A DNA stretch of 64,000 nt from Octopus sinensis (GCF_006345805.1 NC_043020.1:12896001-12960000); one strand, 5' to 3'; positions 42,153 to 53,609 are shown, counted from the stretch's first letter. A program made the numbers and translations. The notes: a model not told the origin generated them from the sequence alone.

Positions 42153-42900
42153 CAAATTGAGATAGGGGTTGTAAATGCAACCCGCTATGGGATAACGTAT
42201 ATCCAATATATTGCTAGTGAAGTACCCAACAAAGTTAATACATAAATGTTAATGATTGCGATGCAATCAATTCATTTACTGTATTATATGGGCAAAGGTA
42301 AAATGATTTACCACAAATTACTAATACAAGATAAGAAAATGGAGAAATACATCTAAATCAAATATCAATTACCAGATAATACTCAATCACATACTTTATT
42401 AAACCACCACATAAGAGACTGTAGGGTTAAATGTAAAAAGCAGAACAAATCAGTGTACATAAAGGAATGTACATAAAAAAATGTACATAAAAGAGTAATG
42501 TTGTATAATAATTAGAATATATATAAAAAAGAATATAAATACAAGTATTTATCTCATTCGATACCCTGACCCCAACGTTTGTTTTGTTCCCTCCTTTTCT
42601 CAACCTTATAGTGAATAAAGAAATACTCTCTCTCTCTCAAAATATTCCCTAGTATCTTTAGAAATAAACATGAAACAATATTTAAGTAAAGCAAAGGTCG
42701 TTACCACCTCGATGTAGTGTTGCTGCATAGAACAATGTTTCCACATTTTTTAACCCCAGGAGGACACCTCCAGCTGGTTAACAACACAATATCAGTGTCC
42801 AATATATTGAAAACAAGGGAGGGAACAACTCCCATCTATCAGCACCAAGACCAGTAGACCAGCTGGTTTCAGGGCCTCACCCTTCCTCAGTACTGGTACA
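42133..42900 (-). mobile_element. Penelope-like pseudo-LTR remnant carrying the hammerhead
   Basis: Non-coding unit abutting a (TA)n tract and ending at a hammerhead; 42754-42830 resembles the arms of the 40090-40368 hairpin; boundaries approximate. Confidence 0.5.
42850..42897 (-). ncRNA. Type I hammerhead ribozyme, intact core, sense strand of a ROS1 intron
   Basis: Minus strand: ACCAGTA-CTGAGGA-AGGG(TGAGG)CCCT-GAA-ACC(AGCT)GGT-C/TACTGGT; 7-bp stem I, 4-bp stem II, 3-bp stem III, GUC triplet; cut predicted between 42857 and 42856. Confidence 0.85.
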
Positions 42901-43012
42901 TCTGTCTGCTAGAAATGGCAGCCGTTTATCACAATTTGCAAAGCTTCTATTGCTCAAACTTGCCGTTTTAGAGGACAAATACAAAAATTAGTCTTTTTGA
43001 CCAACTACTTAC

Positions 43013-43308
43013 CATATATCTGACTGTGTAGTAAAAACTCCATCTACCAATGATTCTGGGGACATCCATCGAACAGGTAGCAAGCCTTCTCCTTCTTTAC
43101 GATAGTAGTCATTTTTGTATATATCTCTAGCGAGACCAAAGTCTCCTATTTTCACCACCATGTCCCTGGGGTTCTTTGATGACACTAAGCAGTTACGAGC
43201 AGCTAAGTCTCTATGTACAAAATGCATTTCTTCTAAATATTTACAGCCCCGGGAAACATGCACACATATTTTCATTAGATCCAATAATGTTAAAGACACT
43301 TGGCTTGT
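43013..43308 (-). CDS. ROS1: ROS1-like kinase exon, subdomains VI-IX ([38 protein letters not shown])
   Basis: AACAG acceptor, GTAAGT donor; 296 nt, phase 0 to 2; activation loop diagnostic of the ROS1/Sevenless family. Confidence 0.97.
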
Positions 43309-43909
43309 CTGTTAAAAAAGAAAAAGGAAAAGTGTTATTTAGAATTGTGTGAAGAAGAAGAAGGAGGAGGAGGAGGAGGAGGAGGAGGAGGAGAAGAAGA
43401 AGATAGAAGAAGAAGAAGAAAAAGAAGAAGGAGAATATAGAAGAAGATGGAGAAGATAGAGGAGGAGGAGGAGGAGGAGTAGGTGGAAGAAGAAGAAAAA
43501 AAGAAGAAGGAGAATATAGAAGAAGATGGAGAAGATAGAGGAGGAGGAGGTGGAGGAGTAGGAGGAAGAAGAAGAGGAGGTGGAGGAGGAAGAAGAAGAA
43601 GAAGAGGAGGTGGAGGAGGGAAAGCGGAGGTGGAGGGGGGAGGAGAAGAAGAAGAAGAAGAAGAAGAAGAAGAAGAAGAAGAAGAAGAAGAGTGAAGCTG
43701 ATGAAGCAGATAAGATGTCAAGACATATATGGGTTAGGAGTTGGAATTCAACAGTAGGGATTTTGGTGAGGTTCTAGAAAATCGCTAGGCTCCATATTGC
43801 TGAGGTTTATTTTGCTCTCAAAAACAAATACCGGACATTCTGCAAAATTCTTGTTTCAAAGAGAAGTCAACAGAGGAGATCACCTATTTTATACCAACTT
43901 GTGGTCGTG

Positions 43910-44245
43910 AAGGCGCATGGCTCAGGGGTTAGAGTGTTGAGCTTATGATCGTGAGGTTGTGAGCTCGAATCCCGGACCGGGCTGCGTGTTGTGTTCTTGA
44001 GCAAGGCACTTTATTTCACGTTGCTCCAGTTCACTCAGCTGTAGAAATGAGTTGCGACGTCACTGGTGCCAAGCTGTATCGACCTTTGTCTTTCCCTTGG
44101 ATAACACTGGTGGCGTGGAGAGGGGGCTGGTATGCATGGGCGACTGCTGGTCTTCCATAAACAACCTTGCCCGGACTTGTGTCTAGGAGGGTAACTTTCT
44201 AGGTGCAATCCCATGGTCATTCATGACCGAAGGGGGTCTTTACCC
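43910..44245 (+). mobile_element. tRNA-derived SINE variant
   Basis: A/B boxes; TSD TGTGGTCGTG. Confidence 0.8.
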
Positions 44246-44606
44246 TGTGGTCGTGTAAGGTCAAGTAAGTAACTAGAGTTATCCCACATGGATTAAGAGT
44301 AACTATTTACTTATCTTCAATGACAGGAAGAGTGAGTTATTATATGTTAGTATCTTAATCATAAATAGCAGATATATAAATACTTGTTTTGAAAAACTGG
44401 ATAAAAAGAGAAAGAATCATGAGCAGAACCTCTCCAAATGATGTGGCAAGCCTTGGTGGCCTGTTAATGAAGAGGCAGGTAATGATTCTTAGATCAATCA
44501 TGACTGGATTAGAAATTGGAATTTTAAAGACCAAAAAAGGAAACCATATAAAAGACATAATTATTACTTTCTTTCTTCTTACTCATTACAAAGATCTTCA
44601 GATTAA

Positions 44607-45401
44607 CCCCTTGACACCGGTTTTACCCGAAGCATGAGAGACACTGCTCCATTCTTTTTTTTTTTATCTAATGAGGCCACACAAACTGCCGGAACAAGCT
44701 GGAACAAACTGCCGGCATCAGTTGTTAGTTGTCGGAGCACTGCATCCTTCAAAACTTCCATGCTTCCTGAGATTCGTCAACACTACACCTGATATTCTCC
44801 CCTCCATACACACACAGGCATGTATCTGACTCATACATTGTTCGCTTTCCAGACAGTTTTACATTACTGCATGTACTTTATATGCACTTTCTGACAAGTT
44901 GTGGTGCACCTGAGCACTGTATACAATAATTTCATTATTATTATTATTTATTAAACACACAAGTGCCAATGAGCTCGCGTCTATTTACGTTCACCGTTAC
45001 AATAACATAGCGTCGTACATTTACGTCTACCAGTTTCTGAAAACGAACTATGTGAAGCTATTTATCATAATATGATATGCACGAGTTATTCTGCTCAAGT
45101 TCAGAAAAATAGCCTTCATGTGGTACAACTCAAAACATGGTATTCATGTAAAGTATCGGCATGTCATTGGTCTACTGCTAGTCTCATGACTTGAACGTAA
45201 CCTAAAATAGCTAAGATAATGCATGGGACGGCAACTGTGCACTCCTCAAGAGATAAAGTACACGATAGTGAACGTAAACATATGTCAGCCGCTAAAAAGT
45301 CCGTGATGGATGTAGGGTAGCTCTACATCATATATTTATGTTAACCACGGGTAGGCAAGCAAAAATGTGATCGCATATTTGTGTCAACTGTTGTCAAGGG
45401 G
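44607..45401. mobile_element. piggyBac-type non-autonomous element with a nested LINE 3' fragment (about 44690-44945)
   Basis: TTAA on both sides; TIR CCCCTTGACA / TGTCAAGGGG; internal WNKLPASVV...SFK CR1-like C-terminus followed by an (ATT)n tail. Confidence 0.75.
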
Positions 45402-46296
45402 TTAAGCAGGGGACAAAACTAAAATAGTATAAGATTAGAATTTCGCTACAGTGGCCGTTCGCCAGCCTCGTCTGGCACCTGTGTCGGTGGCACATAAAAT
45501 CACCCACTACACTCTCGGAGTGGTTGGCGTTAGGAAGGGCATCCAGCTGTAGAAACACTGCCAGATCTGACTGGCCTGGTGCAGCCTTCGGGCTCCCCAG
45601 ACCCCAGTTGAACCGTCCAACCCATGCTAGCATGGAAAGCGGACATTAAACGATGATGATGATGATGATGATGGTGGTAGGGAAACACCAGTCTTTTACA
45701 TATTCTTTAAGTATATTCTGAGGCTGAACCGGTCAAAATTAAGTTGATGACTCGGAACAAAGAATTCAAAGACAATTACTAAGAATTTTTACAAAGTATT
45801 GAAGGCCAATCTCAAGAAGCTGAACCTTAGGATGAACTATTGAAGGCCGATCTCAAAACTTGAACCTTATGAAGGAGATGACAGAGGACTAAGATATGTG
45901 GTACATTGCTGTACTTGTGAAGTCCTGTCCACCACAACAGAACTGAAATTCTAAAACCAAGGTGCCACATAAAAACCATTGGTGATGGTGCCATGTAAAA
46001 AGCACCAAGTGCACTTTATAAAGTGGTTGGCATTATGAAGGGCATCCCGCCATAGAAATCAAGCTAAAACAGACTATGGAACCTGATGTGGCTCTTGGCC
46101 TTGCTAGCTCCTGTCAAGTCCTCCAACCCATACCAGAATGGAAAACAGATGTTAAACTTTGATGATGACTAATCCAAAGACCAGAATCTGGGTGGTGTGA
46201 CAAAACCAATAACAAAATACAATACCAACAAAGTTATGAGAACACAGAATGAACAATTAAAGAAAAAAAGAATGAAAATAGATGCCAATTACTTAC

Positions 46297-46491
46297 CGAT
46301 GTTGGACGGTAGTTCCTCAAATAAAGAAGTAAATCTCCGCCTTCCATCAGTTCCAATACAATAAATTGAGGATTACCATCGAAACAGACGCCTAGTAATC
46401 TTAGAATATGTTCGTGTTTAAAATTGCTCATGAGCAAAGCTTCTTTTAAGAATTCCTCCTTTTCGTGTTCTGAGGCACATTTTCTCAGTGT
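46297..46491 (-). CDS. ROS1: ROS1-like kinase exon, subdomains III-V (TLRKCASEHEKEEFLKEALLMSNFKH...LELMEGGDLLLYLR)
   Basis: TTTCAG acceptor, GTAAGT donor; 195 nt, phase 0 to 0; EFLKEA and LELMEGGDL typical of ROS1. Confidence 0.95.
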
Positions 46492-47292
46492 CTGAAATAA
46501 AACAGCAACAACAACAACAAATAATGAAATGTTGCTACAAAGAAGTTAAGAATATGAATTTGGTAAACCATAATGATTATAACAAATTATTTATTACGAA
46601 AGGCATCAGGCTGTAGAGACCCTGTCAAAACAGACAAATGGAGCCTGGTGCAGCCCCTGGCCTTACCAGCTCCGGTCAAACCACCCAAGCCATGCCAGTA
46701 TGGAAAATGAATATTAAATGATGATGATGATGATGATGATGATAGTAAAATATTTTTAAAAATCGAGAAATATCAGGATCTAACCAGAGACAAAAGGAAA
46801 AGGCGTAGGAGTAGCTGTGTGGTAAGTAGCTTGCTTACGAACCACATGGCTCCGGGTTCAGTCCCACTGCGTGACAGCTTGGGCAAGTGTCTTCTGCTAT
46901 AGCCTCGGGCCAGCCAAAGCCTTGTGAGTGGATTTGGTAGACAGAAACTGAAAGAAGCTTGTCGTATATATGTATATATATATATATGCAATAAAGGGTG
47001 GAATATAATTAATTTAATAAAATTAATCAATTTCACCTAGTAGATTTATCGGTATGGAAAAGACCATATTTGGTAAGGGTTATAATAATTATAATTAAGG
47101 GTTAAATGCAACAAGTTGCTCAAAACCACATTCTGAAAATATTAGAAATAGCAGCCAAAATTGGTCACTATTTCCTCTACTAGTAAAAAGTCTCCACAAA
47201 CAAACAGAATTTGTAAGCTGTATACGGCAAAAAAGGCAGAAAAGGCTGGGTTTTCGTTATTTTCTGCCTTTTTTGCCATATACAGCTTACAA

Positions 47293-47335
<43 letters not shown>

Positions 47336-47702
47336 GCCACTGAAAAGATTTGGCTTCAGATGTATGTATTGGTATGTATTCCAAGAAACAGCTAGGTTTC
47401 TTTTTCTAACATTTTACATAATTCAATCTAAATAAGTGAATGTGTGAAAAATAAAATAGGAATTTTGAAAGAAGTTTCTATAGAACTAGTTCTTAAACAT
47501 TGAATGACTATGGGGGGGGGGCACCAGAATAAAATAGTAATCAAAGGGGTCCATAGATTAAAAAAAAAAACTGGTTGAGAACCTCTGCACTGTAGTGTAG
47601 CTCAACCTGCTAGAAAAAGCAGTCAAATCTCCATTACTTTGTGCTCCATCGCTGTCTTAAATGAAGAACACGTTAGATAATGTTGTCCTACAAGCTATTA
47701 AA

Positions 47703-48089
47703 TGGAGGCGCAATGGCCCAGTGGTTAGGGCAGCGGACTCACGGTCATAGGATCGCAGTTTCGATTCCCAGACCAGGCGTTGTGAGTGTTTATTGAGCGA
47801 AAACACCTAAAGCTCCACGAGGCTCCGGCAGGGGATGGTGGTGATCCCTGCTGTACTCTTTCACCACAACTTTCTCTCACTCTTACTTCCTGTTTCTGTT
47901 GTACCTGTATTTTAAAGGGCCGGCCTTGTCACTCTCTGTGTCACGCTGAATATCCCCGAGAACTACGTTAAGGGTACACGTGTCTGTGGAGTGCTCAGCC
48001 ACTTACACGTTAATTTCACGAGCAGGCTGTTCCGTTGATTCGGATCAACCGGTACCCTCATCGTCGTAACCGACGGAGTGCTTCCTTCC
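47703..48089 (+). mobile_element. Full-length young tRNA-derived SINE (octopus OR-like)
   Basis: A box TGGCCCAGTGG, B box GTTTCGATTCC; TSD ACAAGCTATTAAA. Confidence 0.9.
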
Positions 48090-48211
48090 ACAAGCTATTA
48101 AAGAAAGTTGAGATGGTCACAGTTGGAACGCTTTTGATCAAATGCCTACTGGGCTGGGATTGACTTGGGGCTAGACACCAACAACAACAATAGCAACAAC
48201 AAAAGCATTAC

Positions 48212-48368
48212 CTTGACAGCCACACGTGTTTCTCCATTTGCAACACAGCTTTTGCAAACGCCTTCAAAAACTTCGCCAAAAGCACCGCTTCCCAAGAACT
48301 TCTTTCTGATTAGTTGGTCATGTCGGAAATGAGGTAATGCAATGAGGTCAGCATCAGTTGGCACCATA
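48212..48368 (-). CDS. ROS1: ROS1-like kinase exon, subdomains I-II (FLGSGAFGEVFEG...VAVK)
   Basis: TTTTGCAG acceptor, GTAATG donor; 157 nt, phase 2 to 0; Gly-rich loop and catalytic Lys. Confidence 0.95.
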
Positions 48369-48597
48369 CTGCAAAAATCACAAAATAGAAAACAATTTTG
48401 AAGAAGCAAATAACCAAAAAAATAAGACAAAGTGAGTTTTACCATTCTTCATAATAAGTCTCTTTTACTTGCTCTTTTACTCTTTTACTTTGGCCATGCT
48501 GGAGCACTGCCTTTAGTCGAGCAAATCAACCCCAGGACCTATTCTTTGTAAGCCTAGCACTTATTCTAACAGTCTCTTTTGCCGATCCGCTAAGTTT

Positions 48598-48676
48598 ATG
48601 GGAGAACAAGAGAATGGGAGAACAAGAGAATGGGAGAACAAGAGAATGGGAGAACAAGAGAATGGGAGAACAAGAG
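48598..48676. repeat. 16-bp minisatellite (ATGGGAGAACAAGAGA) x5
   Basis: Direct reading. Confidence 0.9.
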
Positions 48677-48806
48677 TGAGATACATAGAGAAAGAGAGAA
48701 ACAGACAGAGTGAAAAGGAGAGGGAGAGAGTAAAATAGATACACAGCATGGAGAGAAAGCTAGACAGAGGGATAGATAGATAGATAGAAATATATATATT
48801 TATATA

Positions 48807-49203
48807 CAGGAGTGGCTGTGTGGTAAGTAGCTTGCTTACCAACCACATGGTTCCGGGTTCAGTCCCATTGTGTGGCACCTTGGGCAAATGTCTTCTATAG
48901 CCTTGGGCTGACCAAAGCCTTGTGAGTGGATTTGGTAGACGGAAACTGAAAGAAGCCCGTCGTATATATGTATATATGTATGTGTGTGTATATGTTTGTG
49001 TGTCTGTGTTTGTCACCATAGCATTGCTTGACAACCGATGCTGGTGTGTTTACATCCCCGTAACTTAGCGGTTCGGCAAAAAAGAGACCGATAAAATAAG
49101 TACTAGGCTTACAAAGAATAAGTCCCGGGGTCGATTTGATCGACTAAAGTCAGTGCTCTAGCATGGCCACAGTCAAATGACTGAAACAAGTAAAAGAGTA
49201 AAG
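48807..49203 (+). mobile_element. Abundant SINE family (head GGAGTGGCTGTGTGGTAAG, central TA/TG tract, tail GACTGAAACAAGTAAAAGAG); other copies near 9058-9450(-), 10938-11335, 12838-13225, 35918-36308, 41942-42110, 46801-46970, 55381-56208
   Basis: Many mutually similar copies in the window, tRNA-like head. Confidence 0.9.
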
Positions 49204-49472
49204 AGAGAGAGAGAGATAATCATCATCATCATCATCGTTTAGCGTCCACTTTCCATGCTAGCATGGGTTGGACGGTTCAACTGGGGTCTGTGAAGCCAGA
49301 AGGCTGCACCAGGCCCAGTCTGATCTGGCAAAGTTTCTACGGCTGGATGCCCTTCCTAATGCCAACCACTCTGTGAGTGTAGTGGGTGCTTTTTACGTGC
49401 CACCGGCACAGGTGCCAGACGAGGCTGGCAAACGGCCACAATCAGATGGTGCTTTTTACATGCCACCGGCAT

Positions 49473-49510
<38 letters not shown>

Positions 49511-49517
<7 letters not shown>

Positions 49518-49887
49518 TTAGAGACAAAACCACTATTTTGCAAAACAAACAAGGAAAGACTTAATCAATACATAAAATTTTAATAAAAAGTAAAAAAACC
49601 GCCACTACAATTGTTTCATGTCTTGATCGACAATCTTCAGGTGGATTTCCGATTTTCAAGTCAGTTTCAAATTAATTTGAAACTGACTTGAAAATCGGAA
49701 ATCCACCTGAAGATTTTTTTACTTTTTATTAAAATTTTATGTATTGATTAAGTCTTTCCTTGTTTGTTTTGCAAAATAGTGGTTTTGTCTCTAATTAATA
49801 TTATATAATATTTTACTATAAAATTGGATTTAATCCTAAATCTGATTTTTTTTCCCTGTAAATTTGGATTTATTCCCTAATATTTAT

Positions 49888-49890
<3 letters not shown>
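49511..49890 (-). mobile_element. Penelope-like fold-back element between (TA)n tracts
   Basis: Inverted arms 49517-49795, hammerhead, and an end (49845-49890) similar to the reverse complement of 4461-4500. Confidence 0.55.
49602..49644 (-). ncRNA. Minimal type I hammerhead ribozyme inside a palindromic element, sense strand of a ROS1 intron
   Basis: Minus strand: CCAC-CTGAAGA-T-TGTC(GATCAA)GACA-T-GAA-AC(AATT)GT-A/GTGG; palindromic short stem III, GUA triplet. Confidence 0.78.
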
Positions 49891-49947
<57 letters not shown>

Positions 49948-49987
49948 CTGGGGAGAGAGAAAGAAAAAAGAGAGTGTGTGTACATAC

Positions 49988-50123
49988 CCAACTGAATAAA
50001 GGGTGTTGTTCTGTTGGACTGCTATATGCGGTAAATCTTGCAAAGTAGCGAGTTCCACATCAGGATTGTGACCATCATTGACATGAGTGATTCGCTTTTT
50101 TTCTGTTTGTTTTTTCTTGAACA
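49988..50123 (-). CDS. ROS1: ROS1-like juxtamembrane exon (FKKKQTEKKR...DVELATLQDLP...QQNNTLYSV)
   Basis: TGCAG acceptor, GTATGT donor; 136 nt, phase 1 to 2; ELAxL...NxxY resembles the ROS/Sevenless juxtamembrane region. Confidence 0.87.
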
Positions 50124-50563
50124 CTGCAATAATTAATAATGGATTAGTTTCATCAGCACTTGTATTTCTTAAAATACTTGATTACATTTTAATGTGTTTC
50201 AATACACACACACACACCCACACTCACACATACACATGCACACATACATTATTGTATATTTTTCTTCTCCCATTCACAAAGACTCAATGCTACTTCATTT
50301 TCAAAATATGTCTGGAATGTAAAGGATTGGAAATCGAAATAAATTACTCAGAAGACATTTTCCATTACATACAGGTGAGGAAAAGCATTTTTTGAAGAAC
50401 ACTTAACATAGTTTAACTTCCAATATCACCTTCACAGATTTATTACAAACTTTTTCATACATTTTTAAAGAACTTTTGTTGCACATATATGAGTGTGGAT
50501 ATGTGTGTATGTAAGTGCAAGTACATGCATGCATGTATGAGTGTACGTGTGGCTGAATGCAAT

Positions 50564-50955
50564 GGATGGATGGAAGCACTCCGTTGGTTACGACGACGAG
50601 GGTTCCGGTTGATCCGAATCAACGGAACAGCCTGCTAGTGAAATTAACGTGTAAGTGGCTGAGCACTCCACAGACACGTGTACCCTTAACGTAGTTCTCG
50701 GGGATATTCAGCGTGACACAGAGAGTGACAAGGCCGGCCCTTTGAAATACAGGTACAACAGAAACAGGAAGTAAGAGTGAGAGAAAGTTGTGGTGAAAGA
50801 GTACAGCAGGGATCACCACCATCCCCTGCTGGAGCCTCGTGGAGCTTTAGGTGTTTTCGCTCAATAAACACTCACAACGCCCGGTCTGGGAATCGAAACC
50901 GTGATCCTATGACCACGAGTCCGCTGCCCTAACCACTGGGCCATTGTGCCTCCAC
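50564..50955 (-). mobile_element. Full-length SINE, same family
   Basis: Near-identical to the 47703 copy; TSD TGGCTGAATGCAAT. Confidence 0.9.
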
Positions 50956-51279
50956 TGGCTGAATGCAATAATGTCTTAATAAAAAAGTGCATATATCTCC
51001 ATCTTTATTACAGCCTCTTGTGGCTCTATCAATCACAAACATCAGACAAAATGCTGTTTGGAAATTACTATTTTTAAATCTCACAACGTGAGATCTTCGG
51101 CATCAGTACTTTGTAGTAAAGATTGTTTGCCAACATAACATGGCAGTCCTGGTTTAGGACTTCTAGCCAAACAATGTAGATAAATAGGCAAAACATTTGA
51201 CAAAGAAATCTGAATGTTACATCAAGTTATTTAAAAAAAAAAAAAAGAATAAAGCAAAAAATATAAAACTCCAACTTAC

Positions 51280-51375
51280 AAATACAAATTAAAATAACGA
51301 TGATGATGATGATGAAGAGTGTAATTGGGATGAGAGCATATTGATACATATTGCTACTGGTTGCTCGGTCAATTT
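51280..51375 (-). CDS. ROS1: ROS1-like transmembrane exon (IDRATSSNMYQYALIPITLFIIIIIVILICI)
   Basis: TTTCAG acceptor, GTAAGT donor; 96 nt, phase 1 to 1; hydrophobic helix followed by basic KKK in the next exon. Confidence 0.87.
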
Positions 51376-51482
51376 CTGAAACGATACAAAAAAAAAAATA
51401 ATAATACACAATAATTAACTTTGTCATAAAGCATGACTTAATGAGAGAAAATTTTTTTGTTTTGTTTTTATTCAAAAATGAA

Positions 51483-51518
<36 letters not shown>

Positions 51519-51544
51519 TAATAATAATAATGATGATGATGATG

Positions 51545-52050
51545 ATTGGAAGAGTTATCATGTACATTGTTTTGTCTTGGTATAAAAGATGGGCTACAGC
51601 AAATATTCGGCTCAATACCACAGATTTGCTTGTCAGTTGTTTGACCTTAACCAGTTGAGCATGTCCCTTAGTGGCTGACAATATGTGCATCTCTGATCAC
51701 GAGCAGAAGTAGTGGGAGAGCATCATAGTCATGTGTTGAGAGGGATTCTTAGAGGTTTGGATAATTCACCTTTGGAAAGATGGGTGGTTCATTCAACATC
51801 CTTAAACAATCCTTATTCAGGGACCTTTTGAGTGGGATAGGCTACTCAACCAGAAGAAAATTCTAACTGGGCCCCACCTGCAAGGTCATGCGCTGTTTAT
51901 CTTGATATGAGATAACCATGTCATGCACATATGGTTGTGATGCATGTGCCTGGTGTACCCTTATCAGACGGGTAGTCATGATGGGTATACTGGGCTTCGT
52001 ATATTTTACCCCAGTGTCACTTTGATGGCATGCACTGCTCTCTCACTCAA
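51545..52050. mobile_element. About 500-bp dispersed repeat in AAT tracts (copies 26835-27385 and partial 52335-52437)
   Basis: High similarity between copies; class not determined. Confidence 0.75.
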
Positions 52051-52435
52051 TAATAATAATAATAATCCTTTCTACTAAAGGCAAAAGGACTGAAATTTGG
52101 AAGGAGGGCACTAGTTGATTACATCGACTCCAGTACTCAACTGGTACTATTTTATTGATCTTGAAAGGATGAAAGGCAAAATCAACCTCGATTGAATTTG
52201 AACTTAGAACATAAAGACAGACGAAATGCCATTAAGCATCTTCCCTGTCGTGCTAACAATTCTGCCAGCTTAATTATAATAATAATATTAATGATGATGA
52301 TGATGATGATGATAATAATAATAATAATAATAATGTCTGGTGTACCCTTATCAGACGGGTAGTCATGATGGGTATACTGGGCTTCGTATATTTTACCCCA
52401 GTGTCACTTTGATGGCATGAACTGCTCTTTCACTC

Positions 52436-52475
<40 letters not shown>

Positions 52476-52953
52476 GTAATAATAATAATAATAATGATGA
52501 TGATGATAATGATGATGATGATGATGATGAGGATGATGATGATGTAAATAAACCAACACCGGTTATCAAGCGAAGGGCCCCCCCACACACACACACGTAT
52601 ATATACTGCAGGCTTCCATACAGTTTCTCTCTAACAAATCTTCTCACAAGGCATTTGTCAGTCCAGGGCTTATAGTAGCAGAAACCTGTCCAAATTTTCC
52701 GTGCAGTGAGATTGAACCACAAAATCAAGTTGTTGCAGAGCAAGTTTCTTAACCAGACAGTCATGCCTGAGTTTCAAAATAATTCCTTTTTAAAGTTACA
52801 AAAGTGTAACATTCGTTTTCTACATCACTCTCCGTTTCGCCTTCGGTTAAAAAATATGGAGGAGAAACGACTGGAATTCACAAATAATGATGAAGGGTGA
52901 AGAGAAGCAAGGGAGGTAATTCTAACGAAGGTAGGCAACTCTTGGTTACTTAC

Positions 52954-53117
52954 GGTGAAGAAATGGTCGGCTGCTTTTACTGAAATTGCTCCAGCCTCGA
53001 GAATTTCTCGCTCTCACTCGGAAGATATAGTTCTCACCATCCTGTAGGTATTCCTCAATGATCCAATGTGGAGCGGAATCATTGTAGATCGTTGTCCAAT
53101 TCCCACTGCCGACTGGT
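52954..53117 (-). CDS. ROS1: ROS1-like exon, end of last FN3 (PVGSGNWTTIY...YIFRVRARNSRGWSNFS...)
   Basis: TTTCAG acceptor, GTAAGT donor; 164 nt, phase 2 to 1; YxFRVxAxNxxGW motif. Confidence 0.9.
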
Positions 53118-53170
53118 CTGAAAGCAAAACACAAAATCATAATTATCATTTTCTGCTATAGACAAAAACC

Positions 53171-53609
53171 GGATCTTTTCGGTTTTGAACGGCAGTTTTT
53201 AACATAATTTCCAGGTAACTAAAAAATTTAAAACTTCGTATATTGGTAGAATGTGTTTATAAAACATCTTTTTCTCTTGGCTTTATTGTGAAAATTCTAT
53301 AGTTTGTAAGATATTTGTTGTTTTTTTCTTCAATTTCTGCAATTTCAACCAATCAATGACGTCTATTGAGGTGAAAACATTCTGTGCCGTATGAATATGT
53401 CCCTCGTTTAAGAAACAGATTGGGTTTATTTACATTTGTGAAGAAAAAAAGATACCCTTCCCCCCACCCCTAACCCTAACCCTAATCCTAACTAACCATA
53501 ACCCTAAAACAGATTGAAATGCAATAGATCGATACTAGGGTCATAATTATGGGTGAAAATTTCATATGACACCGCTAGAAAAAAACTGCTGTTCAAACCG
53601 AAAATATCC
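53171..53609. mobile_element. MITE with about 29-bp TIRs and internal (CCCTAA)n
   Basis: GGATCTTTTCGGTTTTGAACGGCAGTTTTT / AAAAACTGCTGTTCAAACCGAAAATATCC; imperfect 8-bp flanking repeat caaaaacc/ccaaaacc. Confidence 0.7.

Noticed and set aside
43335-43721. Poly-E/G/P/S ORFs (also 54148-54402)
   Set aside because: GAA/GGA microsatellites in introns
47703-47780. tRNA gene
   Set aside because: tRNA-like head of a TSD-flanked multi-copy SINE
53466-53508. Interstitial telomere or chromosome fusion site
   Set aside because: Only a few degenerate CCCTAA units, internal to a TIR element
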